A DNA stretch of 63,923 nt, counting the filler, from Lama guanicoe (lineage: Eukaryota), in assembly GCA_013239625.1 (NCBI GenBank). It is 73 parts of 72 records of this genome, joined end to end, with 100 filler letters (N's around TTAATTAATTAA, not from the genome) between each part and the next. Parts side by side here need not be neighbours in the genome. Positions count along the whole stretch, not along the records: positions 50,148 to 50,898 come from PNXV01016566.1; positions 50,999 to 51,664 come from MU055800.1; positions 51,765 to 52,215 come from MU055801.1; positions 52,316 to 52,780 come from MU055802.1; positions 52,881 to 53,450 come from PNXV01016597.1; positions 53,551 to 54,450 come from MU055806.1; positions 54,551 to 54,955 come from PNXV01016600.1; positions 55,056 to 55,581 come from PNXV01016601.1; 65 more parts are not named here. One strand, given 5' to 3'. Both the position numbers and the translations under genes were made by a program. Below are positions 50,148 through 63,285 of the stretch, piece by piece; the first letter of the stretch is position 1; each line of letters opens with the position of its first letter. The notes under the pieces were generated by a model, which had not been told where the DNA came from, did not search any database, and worked only from the letters and a program-made list of their open reading frames with translations.

Positions 50148-50898
50148 TTTTCTATAATCTAAATTCTGTGTTCTTCATTCGATAATGTACATTCTAATTT
50201 CTGCATTCCGTATTCTATATTCTGTGTTCTACATTCTATATTCTAAATTCTATATTCAGTATTCTGTATTCTATATTCTAAATTCTGTGTTCTGCATTCC
50301 ATGTTCCTCATCCTGTGTTCTGTATTCTGTATTCTGTATTCTATATTGTGTGTTCTACATTCTAAATTCTAAATAGTATATTCAGTATTCTTTATTCAAT
50401 ATTCTAATTTATATAATTTATGTGAATCCCATGTTCTAAATTCTGGTTTCTATATTCTCTATTCTATTTTCTATATTTTGTGTTATTTATTCTGTATTCT
50501 ACAATCAATATTCTGCATTTCGTATTCTAAATTCTATATTCTTTGTTGTATATTCTATATTCTAAATTCTATATTCAGTATTCTGTATTGTATATTCTAA
50601 TTTCTGTGTTATGCATTCCATGTTCTAAGTTCTGTGTTCTATATTCTGTATTCTATATTCTATATTCTGTGACCTACATTCTGTATTCTAAATTGTACAT
50701 TCAGTATTCTGTATTCTATATTCTAAATTATGTGTTCTGCATTCCATGTTCTAAATTCTGGCTTCTATATTCTCTATTCTCAATTCTCTTTTCTGTGTTC
50801 TTCATACTATATTTTAAATTCTACTTTCTGCATTCAGTATTCTATATACTAAACACTGTGTTCTACATTCTATATTCTAAATTCTATATTCAGTTTTC
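50148..50898 (+). repeat. AT-rich heptamer satellite
   Basis: CAGTATT marker spacings 126, 193, 126, 189. Confidence 0.95.
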
Positions 50899-50998
50899 NN
50901 NNNNNNNNNNNNNNNNNNNNNNNNNNNNNNNNNNNNNNNNNNTTAATTAATTAANNNNNNNNNNNNNNNNNNNNNNNNNNNNNNNNNNNNNNNNNNNN

Positions 50999-51664
50999 AA
51001 ATGAACAAAAAGTAAATACAAAATCATCTGGGAAATGAAGATCAAAATGGAAATAAACAACAGTGTATCAATAATTATCACAATTGTTAATAGACTACGT
51101 GCTTCAATCAAAAAAAATATATATTGTCAGATGGGATAATATAACAAAACCCTACATTATGAAGCATACAAGAGACCCACTTTAGTAAGAGGAACACACA
51201 TCAATTGACACTCAGAAGATGGAAAAATATATACCATGCAAATGGACATGACAAGAAAGCAAGACTATCAGTACTGACTTCACACAAAATAGACTTTACA
51301 AGAAAGGCCATAGAGAAAGATAAACAAGGACATGATATAATTATTAAAGGAGCAATACAAAATGAGGGTATTATACTCATTAATATATATGCACTCAATG
51401 TAGGAGCAACTAAATACGTAAAGCAAATACTAATAAATAAAAAGGGAGAAATTGGAGGGAACACAATCACANNNNNNNNNNNNNNNNNNNNNNNNNNNNN
51501 NNNNNNNNNNNNNNNNNNNNNNNNNNNNNNNNNNNNNNNNNNNNNNNNNNNNNNNNNNNNNNNNNNNNNNNNNNNNNNNNNNNNNNNNNNNNNNNNNAAA
51601 CAATAATCCACACAAAATATACATTCTTTTCCAGTGCACATGGAACATTTTCTAGGAAAGATTA
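50999..51664 (+). mobile_element. L1 ORF2 endonuclease N-terminus
   Basis: WKNIYHANG..KKA....L...KIDF......DKQGHDIIIKG.I.......INIYALNVGA.KYVKQIL. Confidence 0.95.
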
Positions 51665-51764
51665 NNNNNNNNNNNNNNNNNNNNNNNNNNNNNNNNNNNN
51701 NNNNNNNNTTAATTAATTAANNNNNNNNNNNNNNNNNNNNNNNNNNNNNNNNNNNNNNNNNNNN

Positions 51765-52215
51765 GTTCTGAGAGGCAAGTGTGTATGAAACCCGTCCTTC
51801 ACAAAGCTTGAAGGAAACACAAAATTTGTTTTCAGTTTCCAACTCCACTCCATACATATATATGGGGAGGTACAAGCTCCAACTCGGTTTTACAGTGAAA
51901 ACGGCAGGCACTTCAAACCGGCACTAGGAAACAGACTGAGAAACCAGAGTAAGGGTTNNNNNNNNNNNNNNNNNNNNNNNNNNNNNNNNNNNNNNNNNNN
52001 NNNNNNNNNNNNNNNNNNNNNNNNNNNNNNNNNNNNNNNNNNNNNNNNNNNNNNNNNNNNNNNNNNNNNNNNNNNNNNNNNNNNNNNNNNNNNNNNNNCC
52101 AACACCACAAATATATACAGGGAGGTATAAGCTCCTAATCGGTTTACAGTGAAAACGTTAAGCACCTCAAACCGGCACTTAGAAACCGACTGAGAAACCA
52201 GAGTAAGTGTTTCTC
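51765..52215 (+). repeat. Sat C array
   Basis: ggggaggtacaagctccaactcggttttacagtgaaaacggcaggcacttcaaaccggcactagg occurs twice. Confidence 0.93.
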
Positions 52216-52315
52216 NNNNNNNNNNNNNNNNNNNNNNNNNNNNNNNNNNNNNNNNNNNNTTAATTAATTAANNNNNNNNNNNNNNNNNNNNNNNNNNNNN
52301 NNNNNNNNNNNNNNN

Positions 52316-52780
52316 GGACTGTGCAGGCGTACGATAGGTCAGGCCCAGGAGTGTGCAGCTCCAGAAGAGTGCCGGCCGAACTGGGGGCTGGCCCAGGAGA
52401 GGGAAGGCCCCGGAGTGTGCAGACAGAGGAGTGTGCAGGCCCAGGAGTTTGCAGGCCCAGGAGTGTGCAGGCCCAGGAGTGTGCATGCCCNNNNNNNNNN
52501 NNNNNNNNNNNNNNNNNNNNNNNNNNNNNNNNNNNNNNNNNNNNNNNNNNNNNNNNNNNNNNNNNNNNNNNNNNNNNNNNNNNNNNNNNNNNNNNNNNNN
52601 NNNNNNNNNNNNNNNNNNNNNNNNNNNNNNNNNNNNNNNNNNNNNNNNNNNNNNNNNNNNNNNNNNNNNNGCCAAAGAGTGACACAGGAGTCAGCAGGCC
52701 CAGGAGTGTGCAGGCCTACGAGTGTGTAGGCCGAGGAGTGAGCAGACAAAGGAGTGTGTAGGCCCAGCAGGGTGCATTCC
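52316..52780 (+). repeat. GC-rich 16-bp minisatellite (GGAGTGTGCAGGCCCA)
   Basis: Near-perfect copies at 52428-52490, degenerate elsewhere. Confidence 0.92.
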
Positions 52781-53302
52781 NNNNNNNNNNNNNNNNNNNN
52801 NNNNNNNNNNNNNNNNNNNNNNNNTTAATTAATTAANNNNNNNNNNNNNNNNNNNNNNNNNNNNNNNNNNNNNNNNNNNNGACATTTTTAGCTGTGGACA
52901 TTCCTGTTCAGTTGGCTTTTAATTGCAGGCTTGATGAGTTTTCATTGGAGGGAATTGATCTTACAGAGGATGGACTTAGAACTCTTCAAAATGGACAAGT
53001 GAAACTGGAGAAAGACAGTCAAATCTGTGCAGACTTTAAAGTTCACGTGAACGTGCTGTATCCCTGAGCCAAAGATAGGACAAGTAGGCAGCACTTCTTG
53101 AGGACAGAGGAGTGGTTTTTAAGGTTCTTCAAGAATGAATCCCAGGGAACCAAACCAGTTGTCAAACTGTGGCTTTGCACTTTGGAAGTGTGCCCACCAA
53201 AGGTATTGTCCTTTTATAGGTTTTCATTTCTCTTAAATACATGTCAGGTGATGAGCACGTGGGCACAAGCATTTGACACCTTCTTGAGGTGACTTTGGGT
53301 AC

Positions 53303-53450
53303 CTGCCTAGAAGCGCGGGCACAGTTACTGCTACGTCATACATCTTGACGCCCATCCCGCTCCCCAGCTCCGTGTTCACGGCAGAGTGGTTCCTTGATGA
53401 GCTGTCCGTCTCCTTTGTGACATTGTAACCCACCAAAGACCGGAGCGTAT
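53303..53450 (-). CDS. Candidate coding exon fragment of an unidentified gene (TLRSLVGYNVTKETDSSSRNHSAVNTELGSGMGVKMYDVAVTVPALLG)
   Basis: Open frame; 34 of 48 codons end in G/C; about 10 CpG in 140 bp; ends at CAG|GTACCC; no homology recognised. Confidence 0.35.
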
Positions 53451-54591
53451 NNNNNNNNNNNNNNNNNNNNNNNNNNNNNNNNNNNNNNNNNNNNTTAATT
53501 AATTAANNNNNNNNNNNNNNNNNNNNNNNNNNNNNNNNNNNNNNNNNNNNCTAGATACTTAAGAATCTAATCACATCACTTCAAACAATAAAAAGCACAT
53601 CAAAGCTTCTCTCTTGTATTTCTAGAACCGAAGTAACAAGAACTGGTCTTGACCTACCACCACAAACAAATTGAAAACTAGACAAAATATATAAAACAAT
53701 TGTTTTGAGAGATTGGAAATCAGGCAGTGCAGATTGTAACCNNNNNNNNNNNNNNNNNNNNNNNNNNNNNNNNNNNNNNNNNNNNNNNNNNNNNNNNNNN
53801 NNNNNNNNNNNNNNNNNNNNNNNNNNNNNNNNNNNNNNNNNNNNNNNNNNNNNNNNNNNNNNNNNNNNNNNNNNNNNNNNNNNNNNNNNNNNNNNNNNNN
53901 NNNNNNNNNNNNNNNNNNNNNNNAAAAAAAAAAAAAGAGCTCCAGAAATCTACAGAGGGGTACCTTGCTTGGTGCTATGCTGCACATATACAGAGAGTGA
54001 AATTTCAAACATTCAGGTAAAGAAGAAACAGTGCTGATCTGAGACAACTCCCAGAGGTTACATGGAGTTGAGAGCGTCTGAGTACTGATGAGACAGGCGC
54101 ACTGCTCTTCGACGCTCCCTTCTGTTTTTAAAAATGTGTCTTAAGCATCCTTCAACATGTTAATCATAGCATTTTTAAAGTTCCTGTCCTATAATTCCAA
54201 CACAAGTCATCTCTAATTCTGGTTCTATTGCTTGTTTGTCTCTTGATAATGAATTGGTTTCGGTCGATTTCTTTTTCTGTATGTCTCCTATTTTAAAACT
54301 GAATGGAAGTTATCTTGTGTAAAATGGGAGAAATTGAGGTAAATACATTTTATATCAGAAATTGATATGCTTCAATTCCTCCAAAGATTTTTTTAGACTT
54401 CGGATGTGGGCTGCATTCAATGACTGTTTTTCTCATCCCTATCTTTCCCTNNNNNNNNNNNNNNNNNNNNNNNNNNNNNNNNNNNNNNNNNNNNTTAATT
54501 AATTAANNNNNNNNNNNNNNNNNNNNNNNNNNNNNNNNNNNNNNNNNNNNGGCAATATTCCATGACTTTAAGTTTGCTGCAGTGTTGAAAT

Positions 54592-54688
54592 TGTGTGTGC
54601 GCGTGCGCGTGTGTTTGTGCGTGTGCCTGTACATGTGTGTCTGCGTCTGTGTTGATGTCTGTGTGTGTGTATCTGTGTGCGTGTGTGC
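54592..54688 (+). repeat. Degenerate (TG/CG)n tract
   Basis: Direct reading. Confidence 0.85.
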
Positions 54689-55055
54689 TATAATGTTACT
54701 GTGATTGGTCATGATTTTAGTAACTTATTTAGTAACTTTTTGCTCTGATGACGCTAAATAACAGCTAGGGAGTTGGAGTCTTTCCTTTTGTTATCTGGTA
54801 GTTTGCAATATTGCACAATTTTTGGTTTTACTTACCTGACCTGATCTAGATAATATTTCAAAATGCCACTTTCCAGTCGCTACTTTTTGGATAAAAGATG
54901 TGCTTCCATTGTAACTTCTTAGAATTCTATGGAGGTTAATGCCACTGTTGTCACTNNNNNNNNNNNNNNNNNNNNNNNNNNNNNNNNNNNNNNNNNNNNT
55001 TAATTAATTAANNNNNNNNNNNNNNNNNNNNNNNNNNNNNNNNNNNNNNNNNNNN

Positions 55056-55581
55056 GTTAGCGGGGGGTTCAGGCATTCCCAGTGATAGAGGCTGCCTGCC
55101 CAATATTTGCGAAGGTATTTCTCGGACTTCCCCCTATCAGGGAAAACCTGTGAATGAAGAGAGCTGCGTGGAGTTTCTCTCGAGCTCCCCAACGCACTGA
55201 TTATGATTCCAGAATCCTGAGCGTGGGGAGGTTCCACCAACGGTCGACAGCGCATGGGTTCTAAGGGAATGCCTAAGCTCGTCACCCGTGAGGGTTTTCC
55301 TAATGTCTCTTTGCCAGGGAACGCTAGGGGGGTTTACAGGAAATCCCAGAGACATAGGCTGCCACCCTTAACCACCCTTAGGACAGGGAAGATATTTCTG
55401 GGACTTCCCCCGAACAGGGAACACCTGTGACTGAAGAGAGCTGCATGGAGTTGTCTCTCGAGGTCCCCCATACACTGACAATTTTTCCAGAAAGCTGAGC
55501 GTCGGGAGGTTTCACCAAATTTCGGCAGCTCATGGGTTTTAAGGGAATGCCTAAGCTCGTCACCCCTGAGGGTTTTCCTGA
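55056..55581 (-). repeat. Sat A array
   Basis: Sat A core motifs; 10-bp local duplication ccacccttaa near 55361. Confidence 0.93.
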
Positions 55582-56845
55582 NNNNNNNNNNNNNNNNNNN
55601 NNNNNNNNNNNNNNNNNNNNNNNNNTTAATTAATTAANNNNNNNNNNNNNNNNNNNNNNNNNNNNNNNNNNNNNNNNNNNNTGAAGCGGTGACAGAATCT
55701 TTTGAATTTCTCCAGAATGTGGTTTACAATTACCTTCTTCAAGTGAGTGTGTGTCCCCTTACAAGTAGAGGAATTACTGCCATTTCCCTGGAAAATACTC
55801 ACCACTAGTCCATCTGATTTTTCTGTGCTAGGATTCAGTATGGCATGCTAAAAATTCTTCAGTCAGATCTTGAAACCCTGATGAAGAGGATTATTTATTT
55901 CATTTCTTTATATGATAGAATTTTACTTTCAAAATTCAGAGTTTTCGGTTCTTNNNNNNNNNNNNNNNNNNNNNNNNNNNNNNNNNNNNNNNNNNNNNNN
56001 NNNNNNNNNNNNNNNNNNNNNNNNNNNNNNNNNNNNNNNNNNNNNNNNNNNNNNNNNNNNNNNNNNNNNNNNNNNNNNNNNNNNNNNNNNNNNNNNNNNN
56101 NNNNNNNNNNNNNNNNNNNNNNNNNNNNNNNNNNNNNNNNNNNNNNNNNNNNNNNNNNNNNNNNNNNNNNNNNNNNNNNNNNNNNNNNNNNNNNNNNNNN
56201 NNNNNNNNNNNNNNNNNNNNNNNNNNNNNNNNNNNNNNNNNNNNNNNNNNNNNNNNNNNNNNNNNNNNNNNNNNNNNNNNNNNNNNNNNNNNNNNNNNNN
56301 NNNNNNNNNNNNNNNNNNNNNNNNNNNNNNNNNNNNNNNNNNNNNNNNNNNNNNNNNNNNNNNNNNNNNNNNNNNNNNNNNNNNNNNNNNNNNNNNNNNN
56401 NNNNNNNNNNNNNNNNNNNNNNNNNNNNNNNNNNNNNNNNNNNNNNNNNNNNNNNNNNNNNNNNNNNNNNNNNNNNNNNNNNNNNNNNNNNNNNNNNNNN
56501 NNNNNNNNNNNNNNNNNNNNNNNNNNNNNNNNNNNNNNNNNNNNNNNNNNNNNNNNNNNNNNTGGGAGACTCGTGAGTCCAGGTGGGCAGTGTTGGTGGC
56601 TTCCACTTGAGCGGTGGGATGGTCAGTGGGTAAAAGTGAACAGATTGAAGGCATGTTTAGATGGTAAAAAGGAAAGGATGAATGCTGTCTCTGAATGTAG
56701 GATTGAGTAAGACCCAGGTTTCTGGGTGGATTAATGAGGTAAATGNNNNNNNNNNNNNNNNNNNNNNNNNNNNNNNNNNNNNNNNNNNNTTAATTAATTA
56801 ANNNNNNNNNNNNNNNNNNNNNNNNNNNNNNNNNNNNNNNNNNNN

Positions 56846-57300
56846 GTCTCTCGAGCTACCCCACGCACTGAAAATGGTTCCGGATTACTGAGCGTGAGGA
56901 GGTTCCACCAACGTTCGGCAGCACGTGGGTTCTAACGGAATGCCTAAGCTCGACTCCCCTGGGTTTTTTCCTACTCTCTCTGTGCCAGGGAATGCTAGGA
57001 TTGTTGGTAGGAAATCACAGTGACAGAGGCTGCCTCCCCAAGGTCAGGGAACTGAAGAGAGCTGCGTGGAGTTGTCTCTCGAGCTCCCCAAGCACTGACA
57101 ATGGTTCCGGAATCCTGAGCGTGGGGAGGTTCCACCAACGGTCGGCAGCGCGTGGGTTCAATCGGAATGCCTAAGTTCGACTCCCCTGGGTTTTTTTTCA
57201 AATGTCTCTGTTCCAGGGAATTCTAGGGTGGTTTGCAGGCAATCCCAGTTACAGAGGCGGCCTCCCCAAAGTCCGGGAAGTTATTTCTCGGACTTCCCCG
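56846..57300 (-). repeat. Sat A array (monomer with a deletion of about 39 bp near 57051)
   Basis: ggtcagggaa joined directly to ctgaagagagctgcg. Confidence 0.93.
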
Positions 57301-57400
57301 NNNNNNNNNNNNNNNNNNNNNNNNNNNNNNNNNNNNNNNNNNNNTTAATTAATTAANNNNNNNNNNNNNNNNNNNNNNNNNNNNNNNNNNNNNNNNNNNN

Positions 57401-57862
57401 CTCTCATTTTGTATTGTTCATTTAATCATTATATCATATCCTTGTTTATGTTCCTCTATGGCCTTTGTTGTAAAGCCTATTTCGTGTGAAGTCAGTACTG
57501 CTAGTCCTGATTTCTTCTCATGTCCATTTGCATGGAATATATTTTTCCATCTTCTGACTTTCAATTGATGTGTGTCCCTCTTACTAAAGTGGTTCTCTTG
57601 TATGCTTCATAATGTAGGGTCTTGTTATATTATCCCATCTGACAATATATAACTTTTGATTGAAGCACAAGGTCCATTAAAATTTGTGATAATTATTGAT
57701 AGACTGGTGTTTATTTCCATTTTGAACTTTATTTTCCAGTTGATTTGTTATTTCATTTTTGTTCATTTCTTTTTCTTTTTGTGGCTTGATAAGTTTTCTT
57801 TTATTATCTTGGATTCTTTTTGGCTTTGTGACTTCATTGTAAGCCTTTGACTTATGGTTACC
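57401..57862 (-). mobile_element. L1 ORF2 endonuclease start and inter-ORF region
   Basis: Reverse-complement homolog of 50999-51370. Confidence 0.9.
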
Positions 57863-59778
57863 NNNNNNNNNNNNNNNNNNNNNNNNNNNNNNNNNNNNNN
57901 NNNNNNNNNNNNNNNNNNNNNNNNNNNNNNNNNNNNNNNNNNNNNNNNNNNNNNNNNNNNNNNNNNNNNNNNNNNNNNNNNNNNNNNNNNNNNNNNNNNN
58001 NNNNNNNNNNNNNNNNNNNNNNNNNNNNNNNNNNNNNNNNNNNNNNNNNNNNNNNNNNNNNNNNNNNNNNNNNNNNNNNNNNNNNNNNNNNNNNNNNNNN
58101 NNNNNNNNNNNNNNNNNNNNNNNNNNNNNNNNNNNNNNNNNNNNNNNNNNNNNNNNNNNNNNNNNNNNNNNNNNNNNNNNNNNNNNNNNNNNNNNNNNNN
58201 NNNNNNNNNNNNNNNNNNNNNNNNNNNNNNNNNNNNNNNNNNNNNNNNNNNNNNNNNNNNNNNNNNNNNNNNNNNNNNNNNNNNNNNNNNNNNNNNNNNN
58301 NNNNNNNNNNNNNNNNNNNNNNNNNNNNNNNNNNNNNNNNNNNNNNNNNNNNNNNNNNNNNNNNNNNNNNNNNNNNNNNNNNNNNNNNNNNNNNNNNNNN
58401 NNNNNNNNNNNNNNNNNNNNNNNNNNNNNNNNNNNNNNNNNNNNNNNNNNNNNNNTATGTTTATGGTGTGAAAGAATGTGGTTGAAGCAAACATACTACT
58501 CAAAAGAATCTAAAATTAGTGTGATTTTTGTCAAAATACCCATGAGATTTTTCCATTTAGTAGAACAAATAATTTCANNNNNNNNNNNNNNNNNNNNNNN
58601 NNNNNNNNNNNNNNNNNNNNNTTAATTAATTAANNNNNNNNNNNNNNNNNNNNNNNNNNNNNNNNNNNNNNNNNNNNTGAATATTATTTCTCTTAAAACC
58701 TCTCATATTTCCTTGTTATTCTCACTACAAATAAGGGGACTGAGAATTAGGTCTTCTCTCTTTTGGGGGGAGCTCATTATCAATGATGGGAAGTTGTAAG
58801 GAAAAAGATATTGATTCATCATGAGAAAACATTTTTGTGAGAGTCAGCAATGAAGAAGATGAACACTGAAGAATGTGATCATTGTTCGAGTGAGACAAGC
58901 CCTGGGTTGTGCGGAGTCAGCATCCCTGTCCTGGACACGGCACGTGTAGAGCTGCGTGGTGGGTGAGGCAGCGCGGCCACGCAGGGAACGCGGATGCTGG
59001 GGTCTTAGGCTGTGCTCAAGCCCGGTGGGGCTTTCTCCTAAGGGCAGTGCACCATCATAAGTAGGAGAATGGGGTGCTCTCGTAGTTCACATTTGTCTTG
59101 TAGAATGCTTGGAAANNNNNNNNNNNNNNNNNNNNNNNNNNNNNNNNNNNNNNNNNNNNTTAATTAATTAANNNNNNNNNNNNNNNNNNNNNNNNNNNNN
59201 NNNNNNNNNNNNNNNCTTGCTCTGTGGTCTCCCCAAGAACCCTCACTCCAGAGCAAGGGGGTCTGCTCACCCCACACGTCACTGCACTCCCTGCCTTCCC
59301 CAGCACCACCAGGGGTGTGGTCATGTCAGGGCAGGGAAGGCTCAGGGAAGGGGCTCAATCAGGGGGAGGGGCCACTCTGTAGGGATGCTGGACCTGACAG
59401 CGATGCGGTGCTTCGGAACTCCCCTGGGATGGGTTTCTAACCAGTGGAATGGAAGGGCCTCTCCTTCCTAGGGGAAGCTAGATCCATCATGTATGTCAGC
59501 CCTGAAAATGGAGGCTGCACTACATCCATTCCTGGAACGAAAAATCAGGCCCCTCCGGCCAAGGTGACTCAGAAAGTCATTCAGCAATATTCGGGGTCCC
59601 CAGTTTAGGATTTCAATTAGAGCTGAGCAGCTCAGGAGGCCAGAACCCTGTCCGTGGCTCCAGGAGTAGGCTTTCTGCNNNNNNNNNNNNNNNNNNNNNN
59701 NNNNNNNNNNNNNNNNNNNNNNTTAATTAATTAANNNNNNNNNNNNNNNNNNNNNNNNNNNNNNNNNNNNNNNNNNNN

Positions 59779-61841
59779 GAAAGCCGTCTTTCACCTAGCT
59801 TGAAGTGAACACAAAGTTTCTTTTCAGGTACAAACTCCACTCCACACATATATATGGGGAGGTTCAAGCTCCAACCCGGTTTTACAGTGAAAACGGCAGG
59901 CACTTCAAACCGGCACTAGGAAACAGACTGAGAAACCAGAGTAAGTGTTTCTCCTGCAACCCGTTCCCTTTGTGCTGGATGAACGAACGTCTCTCCACAT
60001 GCTCAGTTCTGAGAGATAAGTNNNNNNNNNNNNNNNNNNNNNNNNNNNNNNNNNNNNNNNNNNNNNNNNNNNNNNNNNNNNNNNNNNNNNNNNNNNNNNN
60101 NNNNNNNNNNNNNNNNNNNNNNNNNNNNNNNNNNNNNNNNNNNNNNNNNNNNNNNNNNNNNNNNNNNNNNNNNNNNNNNNNNNNNNNNNNNNNNNNNNNN
60201 NNNNNNNNNNNNNNNNNNNNNNNNNNNNNNNNNNNNNNNNNNNNNNNNNNNNNNNNNNNNNNNNNNNNNNNNNNNNNNNNNNNNNNNNNNNNNNNNNNNN
60301 NNNNNNNNNNNNNNNNNNNNNNNNNNNNNNNNNNNNNNNNNNNNNNNNNNNNNNNNNNNNNNNNNNNNNNNNNNNNNNNNNNNNNNNNNNNNNNNNNNNN
60401 NNACGTCTCTTCACATGCTCAGTTCTGAGAGATAAGTGTGTGTGAAAGTCGTCCTACACCTAGCTTGAAGGGAACACAATGTTTCTATTCAGTTGCCAAC
60501 TACCCTCCATACATATATATGGGGATGTGCAAGCTCCAACTCGGTTTTACAGTGAAAACGGCAGGCACTTCAAACCGGCACTAGGAAACAGTCTGAGAAA
60601 CCAGAGTAAGTGTTTCNNNNNNNNNNNNNNNNNNNNNNNNNNNNNNNNNNNNNNNNNNNNNNNNNNNNNNNNNNNNNNNNNNNNNNNNNNNNNNNNNNNN
60701 NNNNNNNNNNNNNNNNNNNNNNNNNNNNNNNNNNNNNNNNNNNNNNNNNNNNNNNNNNNNNNNNNNNNNNNNNNNNNNNNNNNNNNNNNNNNNNNNNNNN
60801 NNNNNNNNNNNNNNNNNNNNNNNNNNNNNNNNNNNNNNNNNNNNNNNNNNNNNNNNNNNNNNNNNNNNNNNNNNNNNNNNNNNNNNNNNNNNNNNNNNNN
60901 NNNNNNNNNNNNNNNNNNNNNNNNNNNNNNNNNNNNNNNNNNNNNNNNNNNNNNNNNNNNNNNNNNNNNNNNNNNNNNNNNNNNNNNNNNNNNNNNNNNN
61001 NNNNNNNNNNNNNNNNNNNNNNNNNNNNNNNNNNNNNNNNNNNNNNNNNNNNNNNNNNNNNNNNNNNNNNNNNNNNNNNNNNNNNNNNNNNNNNNNNNNN
61101 NNNNNNNNNNNNNNNNNNNNNNNNNNNNNNNNNNNNNNNNNNNNNNNNNNNNNNNNNNNNNNNNNNNNNNNNNNNNNNNNNNNNNNNNNNNNNNNNNNNN
61201 NNNNNNNNNNNNNNNNNNNNNNNNNNNNNNNNNNNNNNNNNNNNNNNNNNNNNNNNNNNNNNNNNNNNNNNNNNNNNNNNNNNNNNNNNNNNNNNNNNNN
61301 NNNNNNNNNNNNNNNNNNNNNNNNNNNNNNNNNNNNNNNNNNNNNNNNNNNNNNNNNNNNNNNNNNNNNNNNNNNNNNNNNNNNNNNNNNNNNNNNNNNN
61401 NNNNNNNNNNNNNNNNNNNNNNNNNNNNNNNNNNNNNNNNNNNNNNNNNNNNNNNNNNNNNNNNNNNNNNNNNNNNNNNNNNNNNNNNNNNNNNNNNNNC
61501 TCCATACATATATATGGGAAGGTACAAGTTCCAACTCGGTTTTACAGTGAAAAGGGCAGGCACTTCATACCGGCACTAGGAAGCAGACTGAGAAACCAGG
61601 GTAAGTGTCTCTCCTGCAAACCGTTCCCTTTGTGCTGGATGAACGAACGTCTCTCCACATGCTCAGTTCGGAGAGATAAGTGTGTGTGAAAGCCGTTCTT
61701 CACCTAGCTTGAAGTGAACACAAAGTTTCTTTTCAATTGCCAACTTTCCTCCATACCTATATACGGGTATGTATAAGCTCCAACTCGGTTTTATAGTGAA
61801 AATGACAGGCACTTCATACCGGTACTAGGAAATAGACTGAG
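59779..61841 (+). repeat. Sat C array with gaps
   Basis: ctccatac at 61500 and 61749 (period 249). Confidence 0.95.
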
Positions 61842-61941
61842 NNNNNNNNNNNNNNNNNNNNNNNNNNNNNNNNNNNNNNNNNNNNTTAATTAATTAANNN
61901 NNNNNNNNNNNNNNNNNNNNNNNNNNNNNNNNNNNNNNNNN

Positions 61942-62393
61942 GAAGTTATTTCTCGGACTTCCCCATTCAGGGAACACATGTGACTGAAGATACCAGCGTG
62001 GATTTGTCTCTCGAGCTCCCCACGCACTGAGAATTGTTCCGGAATCCTGAGCGTGGGGAGGTTCCACCAACGGTCGGCAGCGCGTGGCTTCTAACGGAAT
62101 GCCTAAGTTCGACTCCGCTGGGTTTTTTTCCAATGTCTCTGTGCCAAGGAATGCTAGGGGGTTTACAGGCAATCCCAGTGACAGAGGATGCCTCCCCAAG
62201 GACCGGGAAGGTATTTCTCAGAATTCCCCCTAATAGAGAACACCTGTGACTGAAGAGAGCTGCGTGGAGTTGTCTCTCGAGCTCCCCACACACTGAAAAT
62301 TGTTCCGGAATCCTGAGCATGTGGAGGTTCCACCAACGGTCGAAAACGCGTGGGTTCTAACTGAATGCCTAAGCTCGACTCCCCTGGTTTTTT
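61942..62393 (-). repeat. Sat A array
   Basis: Sat A core motifs occur twice. Confidence 0.95.
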
Positions 62394-62493
62394 NNNNNNN
62401 NNNNNNNNNNNNNNNNNNNNNNNNNNNNNNNNNNNNNTTAATTAATTAANNNNNNNNNNNNNNNNNNNNNNNNNNNNNNNNNNNNNNNNNNNN

Positions 62494-63285
62494 AAAGAAA
62501 TGTTTTGCATAATATGATAGGAAATCACATTAAGTCTGTGGAATGCTTTGGGCAGTATTGCCATTTTAACAATATTATTTCTTCCATTATGAGACCATTG
62601 GGTATCTTTTCAATTCTTCAAATGTTTTTTGATTTCCTCAATCAATGTTTTCTTGTTCTCCACGTATAAGTCATTCACCTACTTGGTCAGAGTTATTCAT
62701 AATATTTTATAGTTTTTGGTGCAGTTAACAAATGTTTTTTGATTTCCTCAATCAATGTTTTCTTGTTCTCCACGTATAAGTCATTCACCTACTTGGTCAG
62801 AGTTATTCATAATATTTTATAGTTTTTGGTGCAGTTATAAAAGGGGTTGTTTCTATACTTTGTTTTCCTGTCGATTCAATGGTAGTGAAAAGAAATGCAA
62901 TTGGTTTTTATACATTACTCTGGGTACCTTGCCCAGTTCCTTTTTTACCCTAAGTAATTTTTTGTGAAGCTTTTACACTTTTCTGTATATAGTGTCATGT
63001 CTGCATATCGTGACAATTTTACCTCTTCTTTTCCAGTCTGAAACTTTTATTTCTTTTTCTTGCCTGAACGTTGTGGCTAGGACTTCCAAGACTATATTGA
63101 ATTGAAATTGTGAGAATGGGCATCCTGTCTTGTCTCATGTTTCTTTGGGAAGGGTTTCAGATTTTCACCATTGAGTATTTTGCTAGCTATATTTTTTCAT
63201 AAGTAGCTTTCATTATGTTGAGATATGTTCCCTCTTTGCCCACTGTGATAAGAAATTTTATTGCAAATAGGTGTTAAATTTTATC
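62494..63285 (-). mobile_element. Degraded L1 ORF2 RT region containing a perfect 109-bp tandem duplication (62619-62727 and 62729-62837)
   Basis: gccattttaacaatatt...gtggctaggacttccaa...gtgagaatgggcatcctgtcttgt...ttttcaccattgagtat. Confidence 0.9.
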
